NCBI GenBank assembly: GCA_039591655.1
Contig: JBDHDE010000029.1
Location: 1-31,524, forward strand
Direction of reading: 5' to 3'
Length of the DNA: 31,524 nucleotides
From: Gemmatimonadota bacterium
GTDB taxonomy: Bacteria; Gemmatimonadota; Gemmatimonadetes; Gemmatimonadales; GWC2-71-9
Shown here: positions 1-8,724 of the stretch, in pieces
How the letters are laid out: each line of letters begins with the position of its first letter
Position numbering within the stretch: the stretch's first letter is position 1
Notes under the pieces: model-generated
What the model saw: only the letters and a program-made list of their open reading frames with translations
Told to the model about the DNA's origin: nothing
The model's database searches: none
Translations under genes and position numbers: made by a program

Positions 1-192
1 GACCCCCATGACGAACGACGCGAACCCCTTGCCGGGGAGGGCGATGCCGAAGCGTCTGCTGAGGGCGGCTGCCGTGGCCAGAACGAGGAGCTGCAGGGCG
101 AAGCTCCCCCCCCGCAGCTCGGGACGGGCCATCAGGGTCAGCAATGAAACGGCGATGAAAGCGACACCGGCGAGGGTGATGAGCACCCTCAT
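1..192 (-). CDS. Partial membrane protein (N-terminus; runs off left edge), possibly a membrane sensor region of a signalling protein
   Basis: Manual translation from ATG 192: MRVLITLAGVAFIAVSLLTLMARPELRGGSFALQLLVLATAAALSRRFGIALPGKGFASFVMGV, open to base 1 with hydrophobic helices. An in-frame GTG at 228 is an alternative start. Not in the ORF track because its stop lies outside the window. Confidence 0.65.
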   Translation of the reverse strand, partial: MRVLITLAGVAFIAVSLLTLMARPELRGGSFALQLLVLATAAALSRRFGIALPGKGFASFVMGV

Positions 193-372
193 CCAGTTGG
201 CGAACTGCTGTCTCTCAGCGGTGGACACAGTAGAGAACCCAGGTTACCCAGGCGTAGGTGTGTGCGCCGCGGGAATGTCGTATCCCGCCCGGGAATCTGC
301 AAGCGCCCGCGGCGCCCTCGTTGTAGTTTCTTGGGCGAGGTCGTGCCAAAACCGGCAATCCAGGAGGGAATC

Positions 373-597
373 GTGCAGGTTTCCATCGAGTACTGCGGGG
401 TCTGAGGCTACAAACCGCGGGCCGCCAGTCTGGCGGCCGAGATCGAGGAGGCCTACCCAGGAACCCCGGTGGAGCTCATCGAGTCGGCCGGCGGGGTCTT
501 TGAGGTAGTAGTGGACGGAGAGTTGGTGTTCTCCAAGATGGCGCTGGGGCGGCACGCAGAGCCCGGCGAGGTGCTGGGCCTGATCCAGGGCCGCTGA
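373..597 (+). CDS. Rdx family (SelW/SelT/SelH-like) selenoprotein, 74 aa, Sec at codon 11
   Basis: AGGAGG RBS 362-367, GTG 373. Translation MQVSIEYCGV-U-GYKPRAASLAAEIEEAYPGTPVELIESAGGVFEVVVDGELVFSKMALGRHAEPGEVLGLIQGR* with TGA at 403-405 in a CxxU motif; the IEYCxxU and GxFEVxVDGELVFSK signatures match the Rdx family. Confidence 0.93.
420..438 (+). promoter_or_regulatory. Putative bacterial SECIS hairpin
   Basis: GGCCGCCA-GTC-TGGCGGCC perfect stem starting 14 nt after the in-frame TGA, with a G-containing apical loop, as expected for a bacterial SECIS. Confidence 0.8.
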
Positions 598-723
598 GCG
601 CCGCGGGTTCGGCCGCACGATTGTTAGCCCGACCAACCGCGGCGACCCGTTCCGCTGGCCCATGGATGCCGGTTCGGTGCTGACGGCGAGGGAAGTCGGG
701 ATCCCCCACTATCTTCCACTCAC

Positions 724-3291
724 ATGCCCCACCAGAACATCCGAGATCACCTCCTCCCACCGGACCGGGATGCCTACCTCCGTGCCGAGCCGCCCACCGG
801 CCGGGTCATCGTCATTGCCCCGACGCGCGCCGCCTGCGAGACGATCGAGCTGGCGTGCCGGTTGCAGATCGAGACAGTGCTGGAGCGAGAGCACGGGGCG
901 GAGATCCGGGAGCTAGCGCGCCGCGGAGTCGGGTTCGGCATCGTCGCGGGAACCGGAACCGGCAAAACGCTGGCGATCCGTCCCATTGCCGAGGAGATCG
1001 TCAGGGCCGACCTCAGGGTCGGTGTGGTCAACCGCGAGCGGGAAGCCACACCGGAGACGCCCACCTGGAATGTCGTCATCGTCACCACGGGAATCGCGCG
1101 GCGCTGGTTCCAGGATGAGCTCATCGATCCCCACGACACCCTCGTCGTGGACGAGATCCACCAGACCTCGGCGGAGCTCGAGCTCTGCCTGGCTCTCGGC
1201 AAGCGGGTGGGCTGCCGCTTCGTGTGGCTCTCGGCGACCGTCGACCCGGCGTTCTATGAGCGGTACCTCGACTCGGCGGAGATGCTGGAGACCACCGTGT
1301 TCGACCCGGCGCTCTCCGCACGCGTCGCCACGAAGCTCCAGGACCCTGTGGACTTCCTGGATGATCGGTTCGTGCGGCGGGCAGTGAAGGAGCGCCGTGG
1401 GGTCGCGGTGTTCCTGCCCACCCGGGCCGAGGTGGAGGCAGCGGCCACGGGGCTGGGGGAGCGGTGGCCCGGCCTCAACGCCGCGTTCTATCATGGCGGG
1501 GAGCCCATCCGGGTCATCCGACCGTTCCTCGAGGGCACGGCGGAGAAGCCCTTTCTCCTGGCCATGACCCAGGCCGGACAGTCGGCCCTCAACATTCGGG
1601 GGCTCGACACGGTGGTGATCCTCGACTCCCGCTTCAGCAACGTGGTCATGCGTGGCCGCAACGTGCTCACGCGGCAGTTCCTGGGCCCCAACGAGATCCT
1701 GCAGATGGCGGGCCGGGTGCACGGCCGGGTAGCAGGCGGCGAAGTGTACATCCTGTCGCGCCGGGACATCGACTTCTTCTCCCTGGAGCCCGTGCCGCCC
1801 GAGTTTCAGTTGGCCGGAGACAGTGAGCGGGTGGCGCTCACCGCCGCCGCGTTGGGGGTGGATCTCACCGACCTGGAGCTTCCCGTCCCGCTGGACCGGC
1901 TTGCCTATCGCGCAGCCGTCGACCGGCTGAGCGATCGAGGGGTGGTGCAGAACGGCCGGCTGACGACCTACGGGAAGGACGTCGAAGCCATGCCGGTGGA
2001 CCGGCCCTGGGGCGAGCTGCTGGTGCACGGGGACGACGACCTGGTGCCGTTCCTGGCCGTCATGTGCAACGTGGACTCCCTGCATCGGATGACCCGCGAG
2101 GAGGCGGACCTGAGCGGTGTAGTGGTGTACGGCAGCGATCATCTCACCGCCTACAACCTCTACGCGGAGGCCGTCAACCAGTATGGCTACCTGGGCGAGG
2201 TGTATGGCCTTCCCCGGCACCTGCTGGTGGAGGACATCGACACGTGGGCCGAGGACCGGGGCGTCCTCGTGAAGGCGATCGAGGACGTGGCACTGGGAAT
2301 GGCCTCGGTGTTCCGCACCCTCGAGCTCCCCCTCCCGGCCGAGCTGCCGTACGCCAATCGCGAGGTGCTGAAGCAGCTGCAGGATCTCCTCGCCCGGGTC
2401 ATGCCCTTCGATCTCGTGATAGACGGCGAGACCGCCGACGGCGAGCGGGTGCGTCTGTCGGATTCTTCCGTGTGCCGGCCAGAGGGGGCGGTGGCGGGAG
2501 CGGTGCGCTACTTCGCCGACCGATTCGGGGTGCCTCGCGGCGCCCTGGAAGGAACGAATGTGCCGTTCGGCCTCATCAAGCGCTACGCCAGGCGCCGGCC
2601 CCCGGTGGTGGAGTTCCGCCAAGGGCGCAGGAGCGGAGGCCTCGTGGTCACGCGGCGGACCGAGTACTTCGGCTACGTGCTCGACCAGGAACGGCAGCCG
2701 CTGACGGGGTCCTTCCCCGACGAGCTCGCGGAGGGCGCCCGCCAGGCTCTCACCCGGGCGCTGTCGGCCGGCGCAACCGCGCACCCCAACCAGCGCACCG
2801 TCTCCCGGGCGGTGCAGCGCCTCGACGAGTACTGGCGCCGCTCCGGCGGCACCCTCGAGGGTGCCGCCCCCGGCGTTGTGCAGGGGTTGCTGCGGGAGCA
2901 GGTGGGAGCCGTGCAGAGCTGGCGGCAGTTCCTGGAGACCCCGGTAGCGCTCGATGCGGACTCGATGGTGCCGCAGGAGACCCGCGAGGAACTCGAGCGG
3001 CTGCCCACGTCGGCCGCCGTGCTGGGTGACCGCGTGCCGCTCACCTACGAGCTCGAGGCGGGTCGCGGGGTCGCCACGCTGCGCCTGCGGGAGAAGCAGG
3101 CCAGGCGGCTCACGGAGCAGGATCTGCCGCCGCTCGATCGGCCGCTGAGGCTCAGCGTCTACCGGGGCAAGCGGGAAGTGGCCCGGGCCGCCTCACTCGA
3201 GGAGCTGGCGGTGGCTCTGGGCAGCCTGGCAGCGCGGCGCCGCGAGCCGCGGGGCGGCGTGAGGCGCCGGGGCAGGCGCCGCCCCCGTTAG
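724..3291 (+). CDS. DEAH/RHA-type (HrpA/HrpB-like) ATP-dependent helicase
   Basis: 855 aa; Walker A AGTGTGKT, Walker B VVDEIH, motif III SAT, motif IV VFLPT, motif VI-like QMAGRVHGR, HA2-like RLTTYGKDVEAMPVD, basic C-terminal tail. Confidence 0.85.
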   Translation: MPHQNIRDHLLPPDRDAYLRAEPPTGRVIVIAPTRAACETIELACRLQIETVLEREHGAEIRELARRGVGFGIVAGTGTGKTLAIRPIAEEIVRADLRVGVVNREREATPETPTWNVVIVTTGIARRWFQDELIDPHDTLVVDEIHQTSAELELCLALGKRVGCRFVWLSATVDPAFYERYLDSAEMLETTVFDPALSARVATKLQDPVDFLDDRFVRRAVKERRGVAVFLPTRAEVEAAATGLGERWPGLNAAFYHGGEPIRVIRPFLEGTAEKPFLLAMTQAGQSALNIRGLDTVVILDSRFSNVVMRGRNVLTRQFLGPNEILQMAGRVHGRVAGGEVYILSRRDIDFFSLEPVPPEFQLAGDSERVALTAAALGVDLTDLELPVPLDRLAYRAAVDRLSDRGVVQNGRLTTYGKDVEAMPVDRPWGELLVHGDDDLVPFLAVMCNVDSLHRMTREEADLSGVVVYGSDHLTAYNLYAEAVNQYGYLGEVYGLPRHLLVEDIDTWAEDRGVLVKAIEDVALGMASVFRTLELPLPAELPYANREVLKQLQDLLARVMPFDLVIDGETADGERVRLSDSSVCRPEGAVAGAVRYFADRFGVPRGALEGTNVPFGLIKRYARRRPPVVEFRQGRRSGGLVVTRRTEYFGYVLDQERQPLTGSFPDELAEGARQALTRALSAGATAHPNQRTVSRAVQRLDEYWRRSGGTLEGAAPGVVQGLLREQVGAVQSWRQFLETPVALDADSMVPQETREELERLPTSAAVLGDRVPLTYELEAGRGVATLRLREKQARRLTEQDLPPLDRPLRLSVYRGKREVARAASLEELAVALGSLAARRREPRGGVRRRGRRRPR

Positions 3292-3869
3292 CTCGCCAGG
3301 GAGAGGATGCCGAGCCAGGCGGCGGCGTAGGCGCCCTCCAGCTGCGCCCTGTCGGCCCCGCTCAGCAACTGGAAACCCATCCCGTGGACCACGGCGCCCA
3401 GCAGCCAGCCGATCTCCGACGGCGGGATGCGGGGCACCATCCCCAGGTCCCGGAGCATCCGATGGGCTGAGTCGCCGAGGGCCGTGCCGAATCCCTGCGC
3501 CGCCTCGCTGACTGTCTGGTCAGGCACCACACTGCCCGGCCCGAACATGGAGCTCCAACCGAGGATGGTCCCGTCCTCTGACTCCTTGGTCAGTAACCCC
3601 CACGTTTGATCGATCGCTGCCTTCGGACTGGGGGCCCGGAAGGCCGCGACCCACGCCTCCCGCCGCTTCCTGGCGAGGTGCGCCGCCACGGCCTCGAGGA
3701 GCCCGCGTTTCGTCTTGAAGTGATAGTGGATCAATCCCTTGGCGCACCCAGCCTGGCTGGCGACCTGGTCCACCGTGATGCCCGTGGCCCCGCGCTGCCG
3801 GATGAGATCCTGGGCCGCCCCGATGATCGATTCCTTCGCCTGCTTCGAGTCAGTGCGCTTCTTTGCCAT
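3288..3869 (-). CDS. TetR/AcrR family transcriptional regulator
   Basis: HTH signature IIGAAQDLIRQRGATGITVDQVASQAGCAKGLIHYHFKTKRGLL; start placed at ATG 3869 (MAKKRTD). Confidence 0.9.
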   Translation of the reverse strand: MAKKRTDSKQAKESIIGAAQDLIRQRGATGITVDQVASQAGCAKGLIHYHFKTKRGLLEAVAAHLARKRREAWVAAFRAPSPKAAIDQTWGLLTKESEDGTILGWSSMFGPGSVVPDQTVSEAAQGFGTALGDSAHRMLRDLGMVPRIPPSEIGWLLGAVVHGMGFQLLSGADRAQLEGAYAAAWLGILSLAS

Positions 3870-3883
3870 TGGGCGTCTCTCGA

Positions 3884-3895
3884 CTGTCCGGACAG
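3884..3895. promoter_or_regulatory. Perfect 12-bp palindrome, candidate TetR operator
   Basis: CTGTCCGGACAG lies 14 nt upstream of the TetR ATG in the divergent intergenic region. Confidence 0.5.
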
Positions 3896-3989
3896 CCAAA
3901 GATAAGGGTTCCGGCGCGGTCTGTCAGGAGTGGCGCGATCTGAAACCTGGTCGCGCAGGGCCTCGTAGGTCACCCTGAGGACCTGACAA

Positions 3990-4439
3990 ATGGCCGAGCG
4001 TTTGCCTTCCGCCTTTACCCCGCTCGCTCGGGCGGTGCTGGAATCCCTCTCAGAGGGCGTGCTGATCATCGATGGCGCCGGAGAGATTGCGTATGCCAAC
4101 CGGGCCGCGCGCGCCGCGCTGAAGAGCGTCGAGAGCGACGACGACAACGGCCGCGCCATTCTGCCCAAGCTGGCACGCATCGGTGCGCGCATCGCACCCC
4201 TCTGGATCGGAGGCTCCAAGCTGGGCGAGGCGGTGTACCTGCCGCCACCTCAAGGCGAGGGTCGTAGTACACTGGCCGAGCGCGAGCGCCACGCGATCAT
4301 CCAGACGCTCGACGCAACGGGGTGGAAGCTCACCGAGAGCGCGCGGCGGTTGGGCATCTCCCGTACGACGCTGTGGCGGCGGCTCAGGACATACGGACTC
4401 GAGCGGGACAGTCGCGGCCGATGGTCCAACCCGTCCTAG
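3990..4439 (+). CDS. PAS-like plus Fis-type HTH (HTH_8) small regulator
   Basis: N-terminal VLESLSEGVLIIDGAGEIAYANRAA (PAS start) and C-terminal LAERERHAIIQTLDATGWKLTESARRLGISRTTLWRRL (Fis HTH); 149 aa. Confidence 0.85.
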   Translation: MAERLPSAFTPLARAVLESLSEGVLIIDGAGEIAYANRAARAALKSVESDDDNGRAILPKLARIGARIAPLWIGGSKLGEAVYLPPPQGEGRSTLAERERHAIIQTLDATGWKLTESARRLGISRTTLWRRLRTYGLERDSRGRWSNPS

Positions 4440-6634
4440 CGGCACTTCTCCTCCTCGCCCCCCAGCAATCCGACACCGCGACGTTCCGGGACGCCGCGAC
4501 AGCGGAGTTGTACGCCCGGGCCCGGGTGCGGCACATCCGGCAGGACTCCCTGGTGCGGGACTACCGGGCCATCGTGGAAACGCGGGCGGAGGCGCGCGCC
4601 GGCCGCAGCCGGTTCGCAGGGCTCAACACCCTGCTGGCGCACGAGTCACGCTCCCGAGTGACGTGGCGCAGCCCCAACGACCTGAAGGTCGAGGTGCTCG
4701 GCGCCCGCAGCCGGGCGCCCATCATTCGGATGTTGCGGGGGTTCGGTGCCGACGTCCGGGAGCAGGTGGAGGACGAGCTGCGCCAGGACTTGGTGCCGGA
4801 GCGTCCCTGGTTCATCCCCCGGTCCCTGGGGGACAGCATCCGCGTGATGGGAGTGCCGGAGACCGCGGTGCTCCACCCGTTGGCCGACGACGCCCTGGAC
4901 TACTACCGGTTCGCCATCACCGATTCGGTGGAGCTCGTCCTACCCAGCCGCACGGTACAGGCCATAAAGATGGAGGTGCGTCCCAAGCGGTTCGGGCCGG
5001 CGCTGGTCTCGGGCGATATGTGGCTCGACGCCACGACGGGCGACGTCGTACGGCTGATGGTGATCTTCGTCGGCGAGTACCTGTGGGACAATCCCGAGGA
5101 CGGCACACCGGAGGACAGCGCCCAGAAACGTCGGGAGAACCGCCAGGCCGACAGGTACCTCTCCGTCGAGGCCGACATAGAGTACGCGTTGGTGGACAAC
5201 CTCTACTGGATGCCCCACCGGCAGCTGCTGGCCCTCACCGCCGACATTCCCTTCATCCTGAACATCACGATCCCGGCCCGGGTCATAGTCACCTTCAGCG
5301 AATACGAGGTGAACACGTCGCCGCATATCGAGTTCGTGGTACCGGACGACAGCCTCGAAGCGCAGGGCGAGGTGCGCGCCGCGCGTCGTCGTCGCCGCCG
5401 CGAGCGAGAACGGACCGACGCGGACCGCGAGGCAGAGGAAGACCGCCGGGGAGAGGGCTATGTCCACGCCGGCGCATGGCGTGACGGCCGCTGGGAAGTG
5501 GATGTTCCGCCCGACAGCACTCTGGCCGCCTACGAGTGGGAGACCGAGTTCAGGGTCCAGCTCGACAAGGCTGAGGAGAAGCACTACCGCGAGTCGTTCG
5601 CCCGGCTGAGCGAGCTGCAGTACGAGCTTCCGCCGGAGTGGACCGGCAGGCAGAGACTGGCGCTGGCATGGGAGCGGTTCGCGGAGATCGTGCAGTACAA
5701 CCGGGTGCAGGCGCTCTCGCTGGGAATCGGCGTGCAGCTCCAGCCGGGGCCCGACTTCACGACCGTGCTCCTGACGGGCCGCTTCGGAATCGGCGACCTG
5801 CGCCCCACGGGCTCCGTGCTGTGGCGCTACGACGGGCCGGATGGCCAACTGGACCTGCGGGCCTACCGCGCGGTGTTCGAGGCGGAGCCGTGGACCAAGG
5901 GCCTCACGATCGGCAACAGCATGAACGCGTTCTGGACCGGCCACGATGATGCCGATTACTACCTGGCGTCGGGAGGCGGGTGGTCGTTCGCCTGGAACCA
6001 CGGGCTCCTGCGGGAGACCCGGATCGCCGGGGCGGTGGAATTTCTCGAGAGCATGGAGAAGACGACCGACGTCGCCTTCCCCAACCTGTTCGGCGATTTC
6101 ACGTTCCAGGAGAACCCGCCGGTGGACGAAGGCTGGTTCTTCCGCGGCACCCTCAGCCGGCGTGACCCAATCGGCCCCGTGACCCTGCGGGAAGGGGCGG
6201 AAGTGCTGGCAGGAGACGACCGCGCCGGGGGGCGGCTGTGGGGCTCGCTGGACGTCCCATTCAGTGTGCTGCGCCGCACGGGCAACATCACGGTGCGTGC
6301 GGGGGTGGCGCTGGGCGACACCCTCGAGCAGTTCCAGTTCCGGCTCGGCGGCCCACAGACCGTGCGCGGCTACACCTACGGGACCCGGCGCGGCCGGTCC
6401 TTCTGGTCCGCGCAGCTGGACTATGCGTTGATGCAGTCGGCGTGGATCAGTCCGGTGGTGTTCGTGGACGTAGGCGACAGCTTCGACGGCGAGCCGCTGG
6501 TGGGTGTCGGGGCCGGTGTGTCACTGTTGAGCGGCCTCGTCCGATTCGACTTCTCCAAGGGTCTGCGCGCAGCGGCGCCTGGCCTCGAGGCGCCGGCCCT
6601 CAGGTTCGATCTCCGAATCCGCGCCCCGCGTTAG
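4421..6634 (+). CDS. Exported protein with probable C-terminal outer-membrane beta-barrel (Omp85/BamA-like features)
   Basis: ATG 4421 gives signal-like MVQPVLAALLLLAPQQ. C-terminal half has amphipathic strands and FRLGGPQTVRGY, similar to the Omp85 L6-loop (V/I)RG(F/Y) motif, then VVFVDVG and GVGAGV. Confidence 0.7.
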   Translation: MVQPVLAALLLLAPQQSDTATFRDAATAELYARARVRHIRQDSLVRDYRAIVETRAEARAGRSRFAGLNTLLAHESRSRVTWRSPNDLKVEVLGARSRAPIIRMLRGFGADVREQVEDELRQDLVPERPWFIPRSLGDSIRVMGVPETAVLHPLADDALDYYRFAITDSVELVLPSRTVQAIKMEVRPKRFGPALVSGDMWLDATTGDVVRLMVIFVGEYLWDNPEDGTPEDSAQKRRENRQADRYLSVEADIEYALVDNLYWMPHRQLLALTADIPFILNITIPARVIVTFSEYEVNTSPHIEFVVPDDSLEAQGEVRAARRRRRRERERTDADREAEEDRRGEGYVHAGAWRDGRWEVDVPPDSTLAAYEWETEFRVQLDKAEEKHYRESFARLSELQYELPPEWTGRQRLALAWERFAEIVQYNRVQALSLGIGVQLQPGPDFTTVLLTGRFGIGDLRPTGSVLWRYDGPDGQLDLRAYRAVFEAEPWTKGLTIGNSMNAFWTGHDDADYYLASGGGWSFAWNHGLLRETRIAGAVEFLESMEKTTDVAFPNLFGDFTFQENPPVDEGWFFRGTLSRRDPIGPVTLREGAEVLAGDDRAGGRLWGSLDVPFSVLRRTGNITVRAGVALGDTLEQFQFRLGGPQTVRGYTYGTRRGRSFWSAQLDYALMQSAWISPVVFVDVGDSFDGEPLVGVGAGVSLLSGLVRFDFSKGLRAAAPGLEAPALRFDLRIRAPR

Positions 6635-6800
6635 GGGTGCGCAGTGCAGGACGAGGCGGGTGGCCGGAGCCTGCCGGAGCGAATGCTCGGCCGGCCCCCT
6701 CCCAAGAGCGCCGACCTACCGCACCGTCCCCGACGAGTCTAGGTTGCAGATCCATGTGAAGTCTGGCGCGTTCCCCGAGCTTCGAGACGGGAGCGGTAGT

Positions 6801-7454
6801 ATGACACATTTGTCCACGAGAATCGTCCTTGCACTGGTGGCCGGATCGCTTGCGGCGTGCGGTGGCGAGGCGTCCGAAGAGGGTTCCTCACCCGGCACGG
6901 CAGACTTCCTCGACGAGGACGCTCCTTCGCAGCCGCTGGAGATGCCCGAGTACCCTGCGCAGCGGCGCGGATACCTGACAGCGCGGAGCGAAGGGCGGCA
7001 CGAGATCGCAGGATCCTGGGAAGCCCGAGCGGGGATCTGTGAGGATCCTCCCATGTTGCAGGTAGTCGCTCAGGAGCCCGGTGCGGGGACGCTGGTGCTG
7101 CTGCAGTTGCCTCCGGCCGACGAGCGCGTGACAACGTACCCGGTAGCTCTCATCGAGGCGGGCTTTCCGGAGCCGCCGGCGTCGCAGGTCGGGGTGCAGC
7201 TCTTCGTTGGGCGCAACTCGTTCGCCTTTCAGGCCATGGACGGGGACGTCGAGGTCTACGCATTCGGCGCGCGGGTGAGCGGTCGGTACGCGGTGAGCTT
7301 GCGAGAGATCGCGAGCAGCGACACGGTACTCTACGCCGGCGTATTCCACGGCATCCCGATCGAGCCGATCCCCGAGGACCAGTGCCTCGCGGCCAAGCAG
7401 GCGGCAGAGGAAGCCCCGGCCGAAGAGCCGGACACATCGGATGCCGGGAACTGA
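6801..7454 (+). CDS. Hypothetical lipoprotein
   Basis: ATG 6801 preceded by GGGAG; MTHLSTRIVLALVAGSLAA-C has a lipobox LAAC followed by an acidic linker. Confidence 0.75.
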   Translation: MTHLSTRIVLALVAGSLAACGGEASEEGSSPGTADFLDEDAPSQPLEMPEYPAQRRGYLTARSEGRHEIAGSWEARAGICEDPPMLQVVAQEPGAGTLVLLQLPPADERVTTYPVALIEAGFPEPPASQVGVQLFVGRNSFAFQAMDGDVEVYAFGARVSGRYAVSLREIASSDTVLYAGVFHGIPIEPIPEDQCLAAKQAAEEAPAEEPDTSDAGN

Positions 7455-7507
7455 GTCCGGCCGCCCCGATCCCGTGATTGGCGGGGCGCAGCCAGATTAG
7501 GCGGCCC

Positions 7508-8701
7508 ATGGAGCAGACCTACTTCCGCAAGGGCTTCGGTCTCCGGCGGGAGATCCAGGCCACGCTGGCCGAACAGTACCACAGCCAGCTGGTGGATCAG
7601 ATCCGCGAGGCGAACTCCACTCTTCAGGTGAAGGATCTCACGATCCGCCTGGCGAAGGAGTTCGGCTTCTGCTACGGCGTGGACCGAGCCGTGGAGTACG
7701 CCTACGAGAGCCGCACGAAGTTCCCCGAGAAGCGGATCTTCCTGGTCGGCGAGATAATCCACAATCCCCACGTGAACGAGCAGCTGGAGAGCGCCGGGAT
7801 CATCATCCTGCGGCCCGGTGACGACGGCCAGTTCGACTTCTCCGCGATCAGAGTGGAGGACGTGGTCCTGATTCCGGCCTTCGGAGTCAGGGTGGCGGAC
7901 TTCCAGCGTCTGCGGGAGATCGCCTGCGTGCTCGTGGACACGACCTGCGGCTCGGTGCTCAACGTGTGGAAGCGGGTGGAGCAGTATGCCCGGGACGGCT
8001 TCACGGCCATCGTGCACGGCAAGCACTTCCACGAGGAGACCAAGGCCACCGCCAGCCAGGTCACCAAGTACGGGGGCGGCAAGTACATCATCGTGCGCGA
8101 CATGGAGGAGACCGAAGCACTGTGCCGGTTCCTCATCGGCGATGCGAAGGTGGCCGAGATGGAGGAGGTCTTCGGACACAAGGTGTCGGACGGCTTCGAC
8201 TTCGAGCGGGATCTCGAGCGGATGGGCGTGGCGAACCAGACGACCATGCTCGCGGGGGAGTCATTGGCCATTGCCAAGCGCATCTCCGACGCACTGGCCG
8301 CACGGTACGGAGAGGATCATCTGGAAGAGCACTTCCGCACCTTCGACACCATTTGCTCGGCGACCCAGGAGCGCCAGGATGCCATCCTGGAGCTGATCGA
8401 GGAGCCGCTGGATGCTATGATCGTGATCGGCGGCTACAACTCGAGCAACACCAATCATCTCGCCAAGATCTGCTCCAAGAAGGTCACCACCTACCACATA
8501 TCCGATGCGGCGTGCATCGATGCGGCGTCGGGCGCGATTCGCTACAAGCCGGTGGATACGACCGACGAGATCGAACGGCCGGACTGGCTGACCGGCCTCG
8601 AGCGCATCGGGATCACCGCTGGCGCTTCCACGCCGAACAACAAGATCGGCGAGGCAATCGAGCGGGTGCTACAGAGTAAGGGGCTGGCGGTACCGGCCTG
8701 A
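7508..8701 (+). CDS. ispH: 4-hydroxy-3-methylbut-2-enyl diphosphate reductase (long form)
   Basis: GFCYGVDRA, EIIHNPHVN, DTTCGSV, HEET, NQTT, DTICSATQERQ, GGYNSSNT and GITAGASTP motifs, including the three Fe-S cysteines. Confidence 0.97.
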   Translation: MEQTYFRKGFGLRREIQATLAEQYHSQLVDQIREANSTLQVKDLTIRLAKEFGFCYGVDRAVEYAYESRTKFPEKRIFLVGEIIHNPHVNEQLESAGIIILRPGDDGQFDFSAIRVEDVVLIPAFGVRVADFQRLREIACVLVDTTCGSVLNVWKRVEQYARDGFTAIVHGKHFHEETKATASQVTKYGGGKYIIVRDMEETEALCRFLIGDAKVAEMEEVFGHKVSDGFDFERDLERMGVANQTTMLAGESLAIAKRISDALAARYGEDHLEEHFRTFDTICSATQERQDAILELIEEPLDAMIVIGGYNSSNTNHLAKICSKKVTTYHISDAACIDAASGAIRYKPVDTTDEIERPDWLTGLERIGITAGASTPNNKIGEAIERVLQSKGLAVPA

Positions 8702-8724
8702 GCACAACGCCGAGCGGCGAACGC

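Noticed and set aside
403..405. TGA as a nonsense mutation (pseudogene)
   Set aside because: It falls exactly at the CxxU position with a SECIS-like hairpin and an intact downstream frame.
264..644. GCGCCGCGGG arms forming stems on both sides of the selenoprotein gene (264-315 and 598-644)
   Set aside because: Short all-GC matches are expected by chance in this genome; no target-site duplication or known RNA motif seen.
8..663. Track ORFs 8..508 (+), 189..386 (-) and 244..663 (-)
   Set aside because: No recognisable motifs; the region is better explained by the partial membrane gene and the selenoprotein.
913..2784. 623-aa antisense ORF and similar long shadow ORFs (4940..6001, 13049..14026, 21355..22524, 25335..26519)
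   Set aside because: Stop-poor alternative frames overlapping well-supported high-GC genes, with no family motifs.
6635..6800. GC hairpins upstream of the lipoprotein, one pairing the GGGAG RBS
   Set aside because: No riboswitch consensus recognised; cannot be distinguished from background structure without folding and covariation analysis.
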